Source: Azolla caroliniana (Eukaryota > Plantae > Polypodiophyta). Taken from it: a DNA stretch of 64,000 nucleotides. The notes below the pieces were generated by a model. It ran no database searches. It was not told the DNA's origin and saw nothing but the letters and a program-made list of their open reading frames with translations. The DNA is taken from positions 9,920,001 to 9,984,000 of the forward strand of contig JBHGNT010000006.1 of the NCBI GenBank assembly GCA_043228905.1, written 5' to 3'. Below, one piece after another: positions 22,001-34,500 of this stretch. The position numbers and the translations under genes were made by a program. Within the stretch, counting starts at the first letter, position 1, and each line of letters begins with the position of its first letter.

Positions 22001-25000
22001 TTACTCCTCGTCTTCCGGGTCGTCATCCGCCTCGAACCGCCCGTCGTCGCCGTCCATGCTTTCCAGATCCGGCTCGCACTCGTGTCGTTTCTTAAACGCT
22101 TTGACCCTCTTCCCCGCTACCGGTATTGCCATCCTCGTACCGTCGAGCTCCGCAAGATGGTAGGTCCCGTTGTCGTTGGCGCCTGTCACCGCGTAAGGCC
22201 CGAAACACCTCCTTGCAAACTTCCGCGTCGCCCTGTGCTGGTTGTCGAGGCTGTTGTCATAGACTAGGACCCAGTCGCTTTCCTCGATTTTCTTCGGTCG
22301 CAGTCGGTGAGTCCAATCAAACCGCTCTTTGTTCTTCAACCTTGCTAACCGAAGCTTCTCCGCGGCTCGTTCCACATCCGCCGGCCTTCGCTCGAGCTGT
22401 CGAATCCGTGCCGCTAGCAGCTCCTTCCTGCTCATCTCATCTCTCCAGTCCACCGTGGCCCATGAGGTGATGGTTCGCTCCGTTGGCATGATCGGCCTCT
22501 GTCCGTACATAAGCTCTACCGGCATGAACCCGGTTACCGAACTGTGTGTAGTTCGGTCCGCCCACAAGGCATAAGGTAGCAGTCACGGCCAGTTCCCGAC
22601 TTGGCCTTCACACACCCGTACTAGCGCTTTGACGATTGGCCTGTGTCCGCGCTCCACCTTCCTGTTAGCCTCCGGATTGTACGTTGTGGTGAGCGAGAGT
22701 TTGACCCCTAGTCGGTCAAACAACACTTCAGCCTCTTGTGCGTCCAACTCTCTGCGGTCAGCCACGATCCTCCTGACGCACCCGTACCGACACACTACCT
22801 CTTCGATCAGGAACTGGCATACCGCCGCGGTTGTCTTGTTCTGCAGTGCCCGGCCTTCCACCTGGTTCGTTAAGTCTTCCTGCGCAAGCACCAGGTATCA
22901 CATCTGTCCAACTCCCATCAGCATCGTCACCAAGTCCACCATCCACTTGAAATGGACGGTCGGAGGGTAGGTCGGGTGAAGCTCGTCCCGGTGTCGGACT
23001 ATGGAGTGCATCTGACAACTTTCGCAAGTCGTCACGAACCGATGCACGTCCCGGTACAGGCCCGACCACCAGTACTTCCCCTTTAGCTTCTCGAACGTGG
23101 CCCATGTCCCACGGTGTCTGGCCCAGGGACTCTCATGGTAGGCCTCCAGCAACTCCTCATGTTCCTCCTTCTTCGCCACCACTCGGAGCGGGATGCCGTC
23201 CCTCTTCTTCGGGTGCTTCCATATGTACCCGTCCCGAAGGAAGAATCGGTACGCTTTCTTCCGGATCCGGTTGGTCTCTTCCTTTGTCTACGCCGCGTAC
23301 GATGTCATTGTTTTCAGGAGCTCGCCGATCTGGAGCCACTCCCCATCATACTTGCTCTCGTCGAACTCGTTAAGCGCCGGAGTGCTCCCCTTTCTGGTTG
23401 TCACATATGCCGCCTCGAAGAAATCTACGCCGACTTCCTCGTTTTTCGAAACCATGCCGTCCTCGTTTTCGAACCTCGCCCTTGAGAGCATGTCGGCCAT
23501 GGCATTGTCTTTTCCGGAAATGTGTCGTATCTCCGGATTCAGGGACTTGGTGTACGCTATCCACCTGAGCATTGCCAGGTCCGGCGTCGTGCATCCGGAA
23601 ACCATGCCGAGGATTGGCAGGCAGTCCGTCTCTATTATTACCTTTGTCCCGATCAGGTAGTCTTTATCGGCCTTCACCGCCGAAACGATACCCCAGAGTT
23701 TGTGTTTAACCTGGGCGTATCTTTGTTGTCGCTCACTGAGGACCTTCGCGCCGAACCGGATGGGGAACCTCGTGCCAACGTCATCCTCTTGGTTGATCAC
23801 CCATCTGATCCCGGTCAGACTCGTGTCTACGGTTACGTAAATCGGAGTGTCTTTGCCGTAGACAGCCTTTCGGAGCGCCGATGCCGTGGCAAGTGCTTCC
23901 TTCATCTTTCGAACTGACTCCGTATGCTCGTCTCCCCACTCGAATTTACGCCCTTTCTTCAGCAACCCATACAGCGGCTCCGCGACGTGGGCATAATGCG
24001 GGATCCAAATATAGTAGAACGCGCATGCTCCCAAGAATCTCCGAACCTCCGTGACCAAATTGCAATCATGCTTCATCGCGGAGATGGCTTCCACCTTGGC
24101 CGGAGACGGTTTCCGACCGTATGGTCCGCATAGGTGCCCGATGACCATGATCTCTGATTGCCCGAAGGCCGACTTTTCCTCGGAGAAGGTGAGCCTCACG
24201 CCCTCTAGTCTCTGCATCACCTTCTCGCAGTCATCGATGTGAGTCGCCACGAAATTCCGACATCTGTCCGGTCCGATTGTCTCGTCCTTTTCCTCCACCG
24301 AGCATCCCCTGATCGGGATGTCGTCTAAGAATGACATGGTGATGTCCGGGATAAAATCCCTGAGCACTTTGTTCATCGCGTTGACCATGTGAGCCACTGA
24401 GTTCGTCCCTCCTTGTGGTAGGGTACACATCCGCACTAGGCCGAGAGGAGTCCGCATCGTCGTAATGTCTCTGCTCTTCACGGCTAGTTGGAACTGATCG
24501 TACCCGAGTACAGATCACCGACAGAGTAAATCGACCTTTCGACGAAGGCCTCCGCGAACTCGTCTATGGTCGGTCCGATTCCTGCGTTCCGAATGGTCAC
24601 CTTGTTGACCCGTTGCAGGTCCTGAATGAAGCGTAGCATGCCGTTCTTCTTCGGCACCGTAAACCACCGATTCGAATACGGGGCACTCGATGGTTCGAGG
24701 ATGCCCATCTCCACCTTTTGCTTTAGAAGCTCCATCAACTTCGGGATGTGAGCTCTTGGCACCGGAATCGGTTTGAGATTCCACGGTACATGCGGTACCC
24801 TGAAGATCACCATCGGTTCGATGATCGTCGGGTCCATGCACCCGATCTCCTCCGGCGAGAACGCGAAGGCTTTCCCATGCCCTTCGAGCATTCTCTGAAA
24901 CCTGTCCTCCTCGGCCGGCAGTAGAAAGCCACCCCCACCGACCTTGAGCCCCAGTAGCGTTATGTCGGTGAACCGGTGCCCTATGCCAGTCGGATTCCGT

Positions 25001-25350
25001 AAACTTGGGTCCGACGCGATCCCTTTTATCCGCTCCTCGCTGCCCTCCGGCAAGGGTGCCACGACTGGCCTCACCTTCCGGTCCACAGTCTTGTACTTTG
25101 TATCCACGCGGGCCGTCCGATCCGACCCGATCCTTTCCCCAAAGTCCGCGATGACTTCGTACAATCCCATCGAACTAACCGGAAAGGTCCGGTCTTCTCT
25201 AAGGTCTTCCCCGATCACCTTTCGTAACTCGCCCAAGGTGTCGTCAAAAAAGACCGCCTCCACGGCGCCGCTGATCTCTTCATCGGGGGAGAGGACTCCG
25301 CATCCCCTGAGCCGCTCCTCCGCTCGCTTCCTTTCCCGGCCGCTGATGCC
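22001..25350 (-). pseudogene. Element B pol (RT-RNaseH-integrase), disrupted
   Basis: LPQGGTNSV, FLDDI, VTVDTS, zinc finger H..H..CESC, DLVTM, ADR, PEAN.KVER, FGPY; split over several ORFs. Confidence 0.92.
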
Positions 25351-25484
25351 GGTTATAGTACAACCCCCGCTGTCGGAGAACCAAAATTTCCTACCTATGG
25401 TATAGGTCTTCTTCCCTACTGTACATTTGTGGGGTTTTTCCGGGGTGTCCAGACTATCGCGGCCCCACGCCTTGATAGCCCTCT

Positions 25485-27583
25485 CTAAACATCCCCTCGG
25501 GTTTTGCCTCCGAGGGTCTCAAGATTATGCTCATGGTTTGGTCGCACCGTCAGGAACTGGACCGAGTGACGCCCGTCCTGGCTTTTGACTCTTGCATAGG
25601 CCGAACCATTGTCCAACACCTTGGTCTCCATCCGTGCCGCCGTGATGTATGGTTCTCCTAGTATAACCGGATGTGAGGACGTCTCCTGCACGAAGAAGTG
25701 CTGGTCAATCTCGACATCGCCGATTTTCACCCGTACATTCGGGCAGGCTCCATGTAGTTCTTCCGTGGCGCGCGTCGCTGCCCGTATTTTCCAGCCGTGT
25801 TTGGTGTTGATCGGCCATTTCCCCTTCTTGTAGAAGTCCATGGACATCAAGTTGATTTTTGAACTGTGGTCCACCAACGCCACCACCGGCTCCTGGACAT
25901 CCCCGACCTTAACAAGGGTCTCCGTGGTCGCTCTGGCCCAGTGCGGCCTCGAATAGTGGCTCTCTACCAACTCGTCTTCTAGCGCCATGTCCTCTATGTG
26001 CGTCGTTCGCACTTCCACCGGCTTCTCTGGCTTTGGTTCTGTCGACAACCTCTTCCTCTTTACCAAGTCTACGATGGAGTCGTGGAACTCCTTCTTGGCG
26101 ATCCCGAGCACTTCCCTCAACGACAACTCCACTTTGCTGTCGAGGATATGTTCCTCCAGGACCTTTCGCAGGTCCGTGGTCCTTTCGATCTCCGTGCTCA
26201 ACCGGTACCCGGCCTTCTTGGCTTTTTCCGGTGCGCCGGTCGCACCGGCCTCATTCTGCCTTTGGCCGAATTGGGTCTCGTACCGTTGCGAGGGCCCGGC
26301 CCCTCCGGTTTTACCTACTCGCTTGTCTTCCACCAGAGCCTCGTAGTTCTGGCATGTGGCTTCAACGAAGCCCATCTTCTCTTTGACCGGGTCACTCCAC
26401 CCGGTTACCTCACGGACCCGTTTTTCCGCGCGGTCCGCTTCTTCTTTCCTTAGCCGCGCGCCAGCGAGGCCTTCCAGCATCAGCGGGCAGAATCCGGCTT
26501 CGTCCTTCTTCCGGGCCTCACCACCTCCGACTCGGATCCCTGCCGACACCGAGTAGTGAACGGTCTCCGCGTGGCGAGCCGCCGCTTCTTCCATCAGCCG
26601 TTTCATACCCCCTCGCCCGACATTCAGGTCCAGGGCCCTTCGGGTCTTGCTAGTGTGCACCCGACCGTTCCACAGGTACAACATGTTGGCTCTCATTGCC
26701 TCCGCGAAGTCCCCGCAGTCTCTCCGGACGTGGCCGACCGTGTCGCACCACAAACACCGGTTTCCAGCCAGAGTCCTTCGGTCACGGGCCTGTTCGCTGC
26801 CGTCCCTCCGTGCCTACACAATCTGGAGGTCCTTTACCATCCTATTAAGCTCCTCTAGAGATGCTCCTCCGCTCGAGCCTCTGACCATGCTGGTCGAAGT
26901 CGATCCGGTCTCGAGTCAGTCTCGGGTCTCTTCCCTTCGTGCTGGCGGGGTTGGCTCAAGATTCCTTGCTGCTATAGAGCCCATCCCATTGATCCTTTAT
27001 CGACCCACTCTCGCCGTTTGTCAAAACGGCCACAGACTCTCTTCACCACGGCCCAGTTGGCTGTCAGCCCGTCATCAGTCTCCAGCAGGAGACCCACTTG
27101 CTCCCGGTCCCTCGCATCCACCGTCTTAACGAACAATAGGACGCGACTCGTGTCTAGTACGGTCCGGTCGAGCACCGAAAGACGCTCGAAGCATTCTTCA
27201 AACTCCCGGAGGAGCACTGACACGTTTCTCCCCTTTTCGGGGGTCTTCACCCATTCCATGAAATCCCGTTTCGAGAGCCGAAGCGCGTCGTCAAGCCCGT
27301 ATTTTTCGAGGAGCCGACCTTCAAACTCTTCCCAGGTCTGGCTCTCAGCCTGTACCTCGAGCACCTCCGCATGGATGCCCGGCATCGCCACCCGAGGGAA
27401 TCCGGTCAGTTGCCTTTCTTTTGGAATGTCTCTCATCACCATCTCGGCCTGGTAGGCCTCCAAATAGCTCGTGGCGTCCTTCCCACCGAACCGGCCTATT
27501 GTGTCGACGACCGCTTCAATAGCCCTATCGAGGGCGCCTACGCCTTCGCGCGCACTCACTATCCGATCCACAGCCGAAGCCAT
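25485..27583 (-). pseudogene. Element B gag-protease, disrupted
   Basis: Knuckle WCDTVGHVRRDC; protease LVDHSSKIN (LVDHGSEIN in the paralog) ...ILGEP. Confidence 0.88.
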
Positions 27584-27906
27584 GGCTTCCGCGAGATCCG
27601 ACCCCCTAACACGTTCGCATTGTTTAGAAGGATAAGGGAAATGGAAGGATAAGGGAAATTTTTAACATACTATGAAAAAGGTTAAAAATCCACTATTTTC
27701 ATGATTTAGAAGTAACTAAAAAAAGACGAATTTCAAAAAGATACATTCTCAATTTATATCACAAACTTTACAACCAATGTTATTTTATAAGAAACGATTT
27801 TTTAGAAATCATAAGAATTCAAAACACATGCTTTTATATTACTCGATTTGTTACAAGCGGAATGTAGTTACACTTAATAGCCAAATATACATTCATGATC
27901 ACTCCT

Positions 27907-30687
27907 TTACGGAGAATCACTACTATAACTAATATACAATGACGATTCCTCCTCATCATCCTCGGATGTACCAATCAGTGCATTATCTTCGTCATAAACC
28001 AAATTGTTTGACTCTAGATTATATGTAGCAGATCTCGTTTGCCTTTGACTCGAGCCACCTTGTAGACCTGGTAATTTTTCTTTTATTATATCTATTGTTG
28101 ACTTCCTTAATCGTCCGGCTTTTGTAAGTGTGAAGTCGTACACGATGATATCCACATCAGAGATATCAAGGGTCGAGGTGTTAGGAATGTTTCGCTTCCT
28201 CTTCCTACCTCCCCTTCTTGTTGGGCATTCAATCATCTCCAATGTATACTTACCTGTAAAAGCATTTGCACTTCTAGTGTTGTACCAATGAACATATATA
28301 GACTTGATCGTGTTTTCTATTTCATGCATTAGCACTTCTAGAATTTTACCAACCCAAAATTGGTGGCCATGTGAGTTCTCATCAGCCGGCGTTGCAATCA
28401 ACATCCCCGCGGTGAGCTCTTGCAAATTTCCTTGCCATCTAGCTTCGGCTGCTTTGGTCATCCTTGGTCCCACATAAATGTCTCTTTGTTGTGGATGGAC
28501 CAAGATGTCATTAATCGCATTTACTAGTTGCTCCGCAGTTCTATTTACGCGATCATGTTGCAGCGACCATGTGAATGGCGTTTCCAAATTCCAATTATCA
28601 ACAGATACACAATTGTCTATAATTTCTTTCTGATCACTATAAAATACATCCCACCATGACGTGTCTTGTTGTGCGGCATATTTCTTGGCGGCCTCAATAT
28701 GCTTTCTTTTTTCTTCTAAGGCTTGGAGCCATGACCGTTTTTGTTCTGATACCAAGTCGCTTTGCAACTGTCCTTTCTTCTCAATTGGCATTTTCTTAGC
28801 TCCATGGACAATTGTACTCGGCATACAAAGTAATAACTGGCAACCACCTTCAGGTTCCCATGTTGTAGAAGATGAATATTGTTTAGCATACAAAAGTGTA
28901 GAACCACTTATTCCATTTTTCTTTATCATAAAAATGTGATTGAAACTTATATTGTTTAACTGAGCAAGCACTTTAACATTCCCACCACCCCCATCTAATA
29001 TATATCTCTTAAAGTCATATACCTCCTTCAAGTGTAACACTTTTGGGCGTGGTGTATAAGCATCACAAATGACATCAAATAGTTTAGGTAAAGTGAAAGC
29101 ATCATGCTGAGACAACTGTCTGGAGAATGTGCTAAACATCTGATCTATATGGTCATGTGTGTGGCCAACCAAAAGGAAATTGACTTTCACTTTCCTAAAC
29201 AATTCTAGGTTGACCAACATACTTAGATAGCCAAATACAGTTGAATTTTTGTTCTCTCTAGCAGTATTGTCCAATTGAATGTATAGAACAGGGGGGAAAG
29301 GTTGGCCCCAAGACATCAAAACTCGGTGAATCACTGTAACTGTTAGGTTAGGGTCATTGTGAACATTGGGGTAAGTAATGAAGACGTGAGGTCGAACAGG
29401 CCTATTATAAGCCAAGCATCCCACCAAGTGCATTTGAACAAGGCACTCATCATTGACATCTTTGGGGAGCCTCCGCATATGCGGCAAGCATGTCTTCTTC
29501 TGGTCCATGCCATTTATCATTAAGCACATGTATTGTTCAGGCCTCTTCAAACACTTCTCTCTATGATGCATCGCCTTCTTTCGTTCTAAGGATTGTGCCT
29601 TAAGATGCTCTTGTAGTAACTTCTTACTCGTATCCTTTTCCATTGATGTCTTTGCACCTTTAGCCAAACTTTTAAGATTTGCACAAATGGAGCAATACCC
29701 CATACGTACTTTACGAGGAATAATAACATTTGAAAACCAAGCTCTCCATAATCTTGTGAATTAGCTATAGGTGATAGACTTATTATGTGAGCCCAGCATA
29801 TCAGATCGATAGACATCATAAACTTCCCGACGTGTATAATTATCAGAAAGATGCATCCTACCTGTAGTGGGCATTACTTCACAATTTAACTGAAAGTAAG
29901 TTTTCATCCAACCAATAGCATGTCTTCCAATTGCACCTTTCATACTTGGAACCTCTTTACAATTGAGCATCTGATCCCCGCTAAGTAGACGTTGTTGTAC
30001 TCTATGTAGCCGCATGTTACTAACACATAACGCAATTTTGAATGCAACTCTACATATCTGTTGCGCATGGAAGATATAATACTCGAATGATACTTTGATC
30101 CCCGTACATTTGTCAGATACTAGTTGCATATGTGACCCGAGGTAAGTGTCTTGCTCATCACCGGTCATCGAAAAATAGTATCGCCTTAATTCTCGCAACT
30201 TTGATTTTCCAATCATAGACATACAACCAAGGGCACAACATATTTTTTTGACATCAAATCCAATCTGTTTATCTGATGTCACCAAGCTAAATCTAGCCAG
30301 ACGAATTCTTCGTGGGATTCTTCTAATATGCATAGGGCTCCCAGATTTCTCTTCCTGCATAGAGGTTGGTGTAACCTTGTTACAGTCTAATTCTCTGTTG
30401 TGACCATCGCCAATGTTATTCAATGTTTCCTGGGCACTACCTTCATTCTCCGTATCTTTATTAATATCGTATTCTTCAATAGAGAACTCTTCACATGTGT
30501 CATTATTTACGTTCCTTGTAGATGAGCTCAGACAATATTCTTCAATAGAATATGGTGAGTCGGTCGACAGATAATATTCTTCAATCGAATATGGTGATTC
30601 TGTTGACAAACAATACTCTTCAGTAGAAAACGATGGGTCTGATGACAAACAATATTCTTCAATCGAGAACGGTGAATCTTCACTCAT
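27907..30687 (-). pseudogene. Transposase, ~926 aa, Sola/DUF7869-like, with one premature stop
   Basis: ORFs 29761-30687 and 27907-29703 share a frame and read through YS*FTRLWRAWFSNVIIPRKVRMGYCSIC. Motifs CxxC..H, INGMDQKK, YIQLDNTARENKN, FLLVGHTHDHIDQMFS. Superfamily assigned from motif recall. Confidence 0.8.
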
Positions 30688-31388
30688 GGCTTAAGGTCTA
30701 GATAGGGCTCTCTAAGTTATGTGCTTAGGGTAAGGAAAAAAACTAATAAGCTCCTCTCTAAACATATACTCCTCTCTAAACATAAACTTCTCTCTAAACA
30801 AAAGCCAAATCAATAGAATGTCTATATTATGTAATATTCTATTAATACAATACATCAAAAAATTATTTTTAATAAAGTAATTGTACTTAAAATATCAATT
30901 ATTATATAAACTAGATCTATATGAAATTAAATCAAGTAAAATATAAAACTAATCATTAACAAGCCATGAATATGTTGGATTAATGTTAAAATCATTGGCT
31001 AATTAATGGCACCCATTTTGATATAGAACGTCTCACTCATTGGTTCTTTAATGCTCACCATTTTAAATATTAGACTTATCAATCATTGGTTAATTCATGC
31101 CAACATCTTTAATACATAGCATTTGAGAGTCATAAAAATTGTTGCTTTTAGTAATCAATCATTGATACATTCATCAACCTCTATCATTGTCTCCTTCATA
31201 ACCTTTGAAGTCATTGCAGGTTGTTATGACTATGAAAGATTGATCAATATGTTAGTTTGACTTTGTAATCATTAATACAATCATAAGTTACTCTAGTTAA
31301 TGTGACTATGGTTACCAACTAACTATGCTCAAAGTTACCAACCTTGGTTAAGGTGACTATGGTTACTTTAACCAATGTGATCAATCCC

Positions 31389-31396
31389 TATAAATA
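31389..31396 (+). promoter_or_regulatory. TATA box of the cargo gene
   Basis: ccTATAAATAgg, about 25-30 nt before a pyrimidine initiator-like ttcactc and about 150 nt before the ATG at 31540. Confidence 0.65.
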
Positions 31397-31539
31397 GGAA
31401 GACCTCGTCATATTTCACTCACAAGAGCGTACAGAGCGTACAGAGCACACAGAACGTAGAGAGCACACAAAGCACACAAAGCACACAGAGCACAAAGCAC
31501 CAAAGCGCGATCTCCGCCTCCACTTCCACACGATCAACC

Positions 31540-34500
31540 ATGTCTTCAAAGAGAATCAAGCGCGAGGACTCGAGGTAGGCCTCTGACATTGTGGACATTT
31601 TTGTAAATATGTTTCGTCGCTCAAGAACTCGATACGCCGTATCGAGTTCATGTATACAATACAAACTTTATACATGAACTCGATACGGCGTATCGAGTTC
31701 ATAATTTGTTTTTGCTTTTTAAACGGGAACTCGATACAGCGTATCGAGTTCCTGTTTAAAACCTACACTTTAAACAGGAACTCGTTACGGCGTATCGAGT
31801 TCCTGTTTAAAACCTAAACATTAAACAGGAACTCGATACGCCATATCGAGTTCCCGTTTAAAACCTAAACTTTAAACACGAACTCGATACGCCGTATCGA
31901 GTTCGTGTTTAAATTCCAAACTTTAAAAGGGAACTCGATACGGCATATCGAATTCGTGTTTAAAACCTAAACTTTAAACACGAACTCGATACGGCGTATC
32001 GAGTTCCTGTTTAAAATCCAAACTTTAAACACGAACTCGATACGCCGTATCGAGTTCGTATTTAAAGTGTAGGTTTTAAACAGAAACTAGCTACGCCGTA
32101 TCGAGTTCCCGTTTAAAACCTAGGTTTTAAACACGAACTCGATACCCCGTATCGAGTTCCTGTTTAAAAAGCAAAGAAAGCCGAGGAACTCGATACGGCG
32201 TATCGAGTTCCCGTTTAAAGTGTAGGATTTAAATAGGAACTCGATACGCCGTATCGAGTTCCTGTATAAAAGAAGGCTCTGAGAGAGAAAAATTGTGTTT
32301 TTGGGGTAACAAATAATTATGGTGTGGAAAAGATATCAAATTGTCTGGCAAAATCAATCTTTTTTATGTTGACTTTCCTTACTTTTAAAAAAAAACATGC
32401 TCTAATTATAGGTGTTTTATGACCTACTTTAGCTTAAAATAGTAGAAAATGATCCACAAATTGCCTTTACGATAGCAAATTCTCCTTAATATAGGTTTGG
32501 AATCTATATAAGTCATACCTACTATTTAAAAGAATATATAACCTTGTTTACTTATTACGATATATATTTTCTAGGTTGAATAGCCCTGCCTATAATAGAT
32601 TTTTGAATATAGGACTGCTAGTGAGAACTGTTTTCATGTTAATATACAACCTTAATCTATGTGACCACGTAACTTATGTTTTTGCATATACTTTCTTAAA
32701 TAGGTCGTTTGAGAACTTGTCGGACCGACCCGTGAAGAAAATAAAGCTTCGCATACAAGGTTCTCCAATCGAAGCCCAGACCAAGGTAGCTCCTGAGACC
32801 ATGAAGAGAGGAAAAAAGCTTCTCTTTAACGAAGAGACAAAATCTCAGCCACATAGTGATGTTAGCCAAAAGAAACTTGTCGCCGCTACTGGAGGTGAAG
32901 ACCTTCCTGACCGAGATCTAACAGACAAGGAATGGTGTATGCAATATGTCGACTCAAAGAAAAAAGTCGTATTGTATTCAACAAAGAAGAAGGGTGAGGG
33001 GCAGCTTGGAAAGGAAACCCCATTTATGTATGGCCGTATTCTACGATTTGACTACGAAGATGCAGATTCGGCCAGCATACTGGTAATGATAGAGTGCTCC
33101 AAGGGGATACGTAAAGTGTTCCTTTCAGAAGACCTTTTAGTAAAGGAATCTTGTGGGCCAGAAGCGTTCAAAAAAGATCTTGAAAGCTCACAAAACCTTA
33201 TTGTTACCTTGAGGCCTTATATACAAGGCCATGTAACTCTAAGAGATGAAGTGCCCTCCCCATTGAAGGCCACAAAAAGGGTATCCAGAGTCCAGTCAAG
33301 ACCACCAAAGAAGAAGACAACCAAAATGTCGGATACGGATTCAACAAGTGAAAACGAAGAGGAGGATAATAAGGGGACGCCAGGAGCTGAGCTGGCCTCG
33401 GGTGTTTTGTCATCCGAGCAGAATAAGATAAGGAGAGAGTTAATGCAACGGAAACTGGTCAGGAAAGGGCAAGTGTTTAATTTGCCTATAACACACATCC
33501 ATCGGCCCCCTATTAATGAAAAAACAGGTCGACGACCACTTGAGATTAGAGAGCCACACCGCATGCATGTTCAAAATCTCAAGAAAAAAATGAAAATTAA
33601 TCCTCATGCCATTGTGGTGCCTTTTATTGTTATGGTAGATCCTGAAGAATGTGAAACCATTGAAGATTTTGATATTAGAAAGTATGATCAATATAATTAT
33701 TTTGTCATTGGTGGATCGCATTCAGCAGAGGCACGTCGGCAACTTGTGAGAGAACATCCAACAACTTTCTTCTTCAAGTATGCCGAGTGCAAAATTTATG
33801 TTGGGCTCACAACCGAAGAGGCTAAGCTGTTGGCATGGGACCATAATAATGATAATGACTATAGGCAGAAAATGTCGTCCATTGAGCGTATACGGTTCTT
33901 CCACCACGAGTATTTAGACGTGAAACAAAAGTTTGGTGTGAAGTTACATCCAGGCCTTCGACGTCAATGTCTGCATGAAGTCGTCATTGTGGTAGATGAT
34001 AATGTTAGGTTCGATGGTCTTCGAAAGTATGAGTCTTGGTTTCAATTGGCGTTTAGAGATGGAGAAGTATGGGACCTACAAGATCAAATCTTCTCAATGT
34101 GGGAGAATAAGGAGGTAAAGGGTCAACGACAAAAGAAATGTAGGGTTGACCCTCAACTAGAGTTAAAGTCACAAGCCGCCAAGAAAATTGACTTGACAAT
34201 TGAAGAAGCGGCAGACGACATGAAGCTGTCTCTATGGAGAGCGATGCAAGGTATTAAGGACGAGTAGCTTCTTGTGTCGGTTTTGTCAAGGGTTGTGGCG
34301 AAAGATTTAAGCCTTGAAGAAATGGTCACTGAGTTCAATAAGTAAGTCTTTCAAATACTGAAATTGTAGTCTATCTGGTGTAATTCAAAGTTCTAATCTT
34401 GATTTCTAATTTTACAGACATAAGGTGTACATGAAGATCCAAGAAGTTATGATGAAACAACTTGGATGTATAACTTGGGAACAAGTGACCGAGGATTATC

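Noticed and set aside
31625-32261. CRISPR array (25-bp palindromic repeats with 26-bp spacers)
   Set aside because: The linkers are variants or reverse complements of each other, not unique spacers; there are no cas genes; the array sits in a spliceosomal intron.
32576-32703. N-terminus of the listed 563-aa ORF (MNSPAYNRF...)
   Set aside because: T-rich intron sequence ending in an AG acceptor at 32702-32703. The upstream exon 31540-31574 joins in the correct phase.
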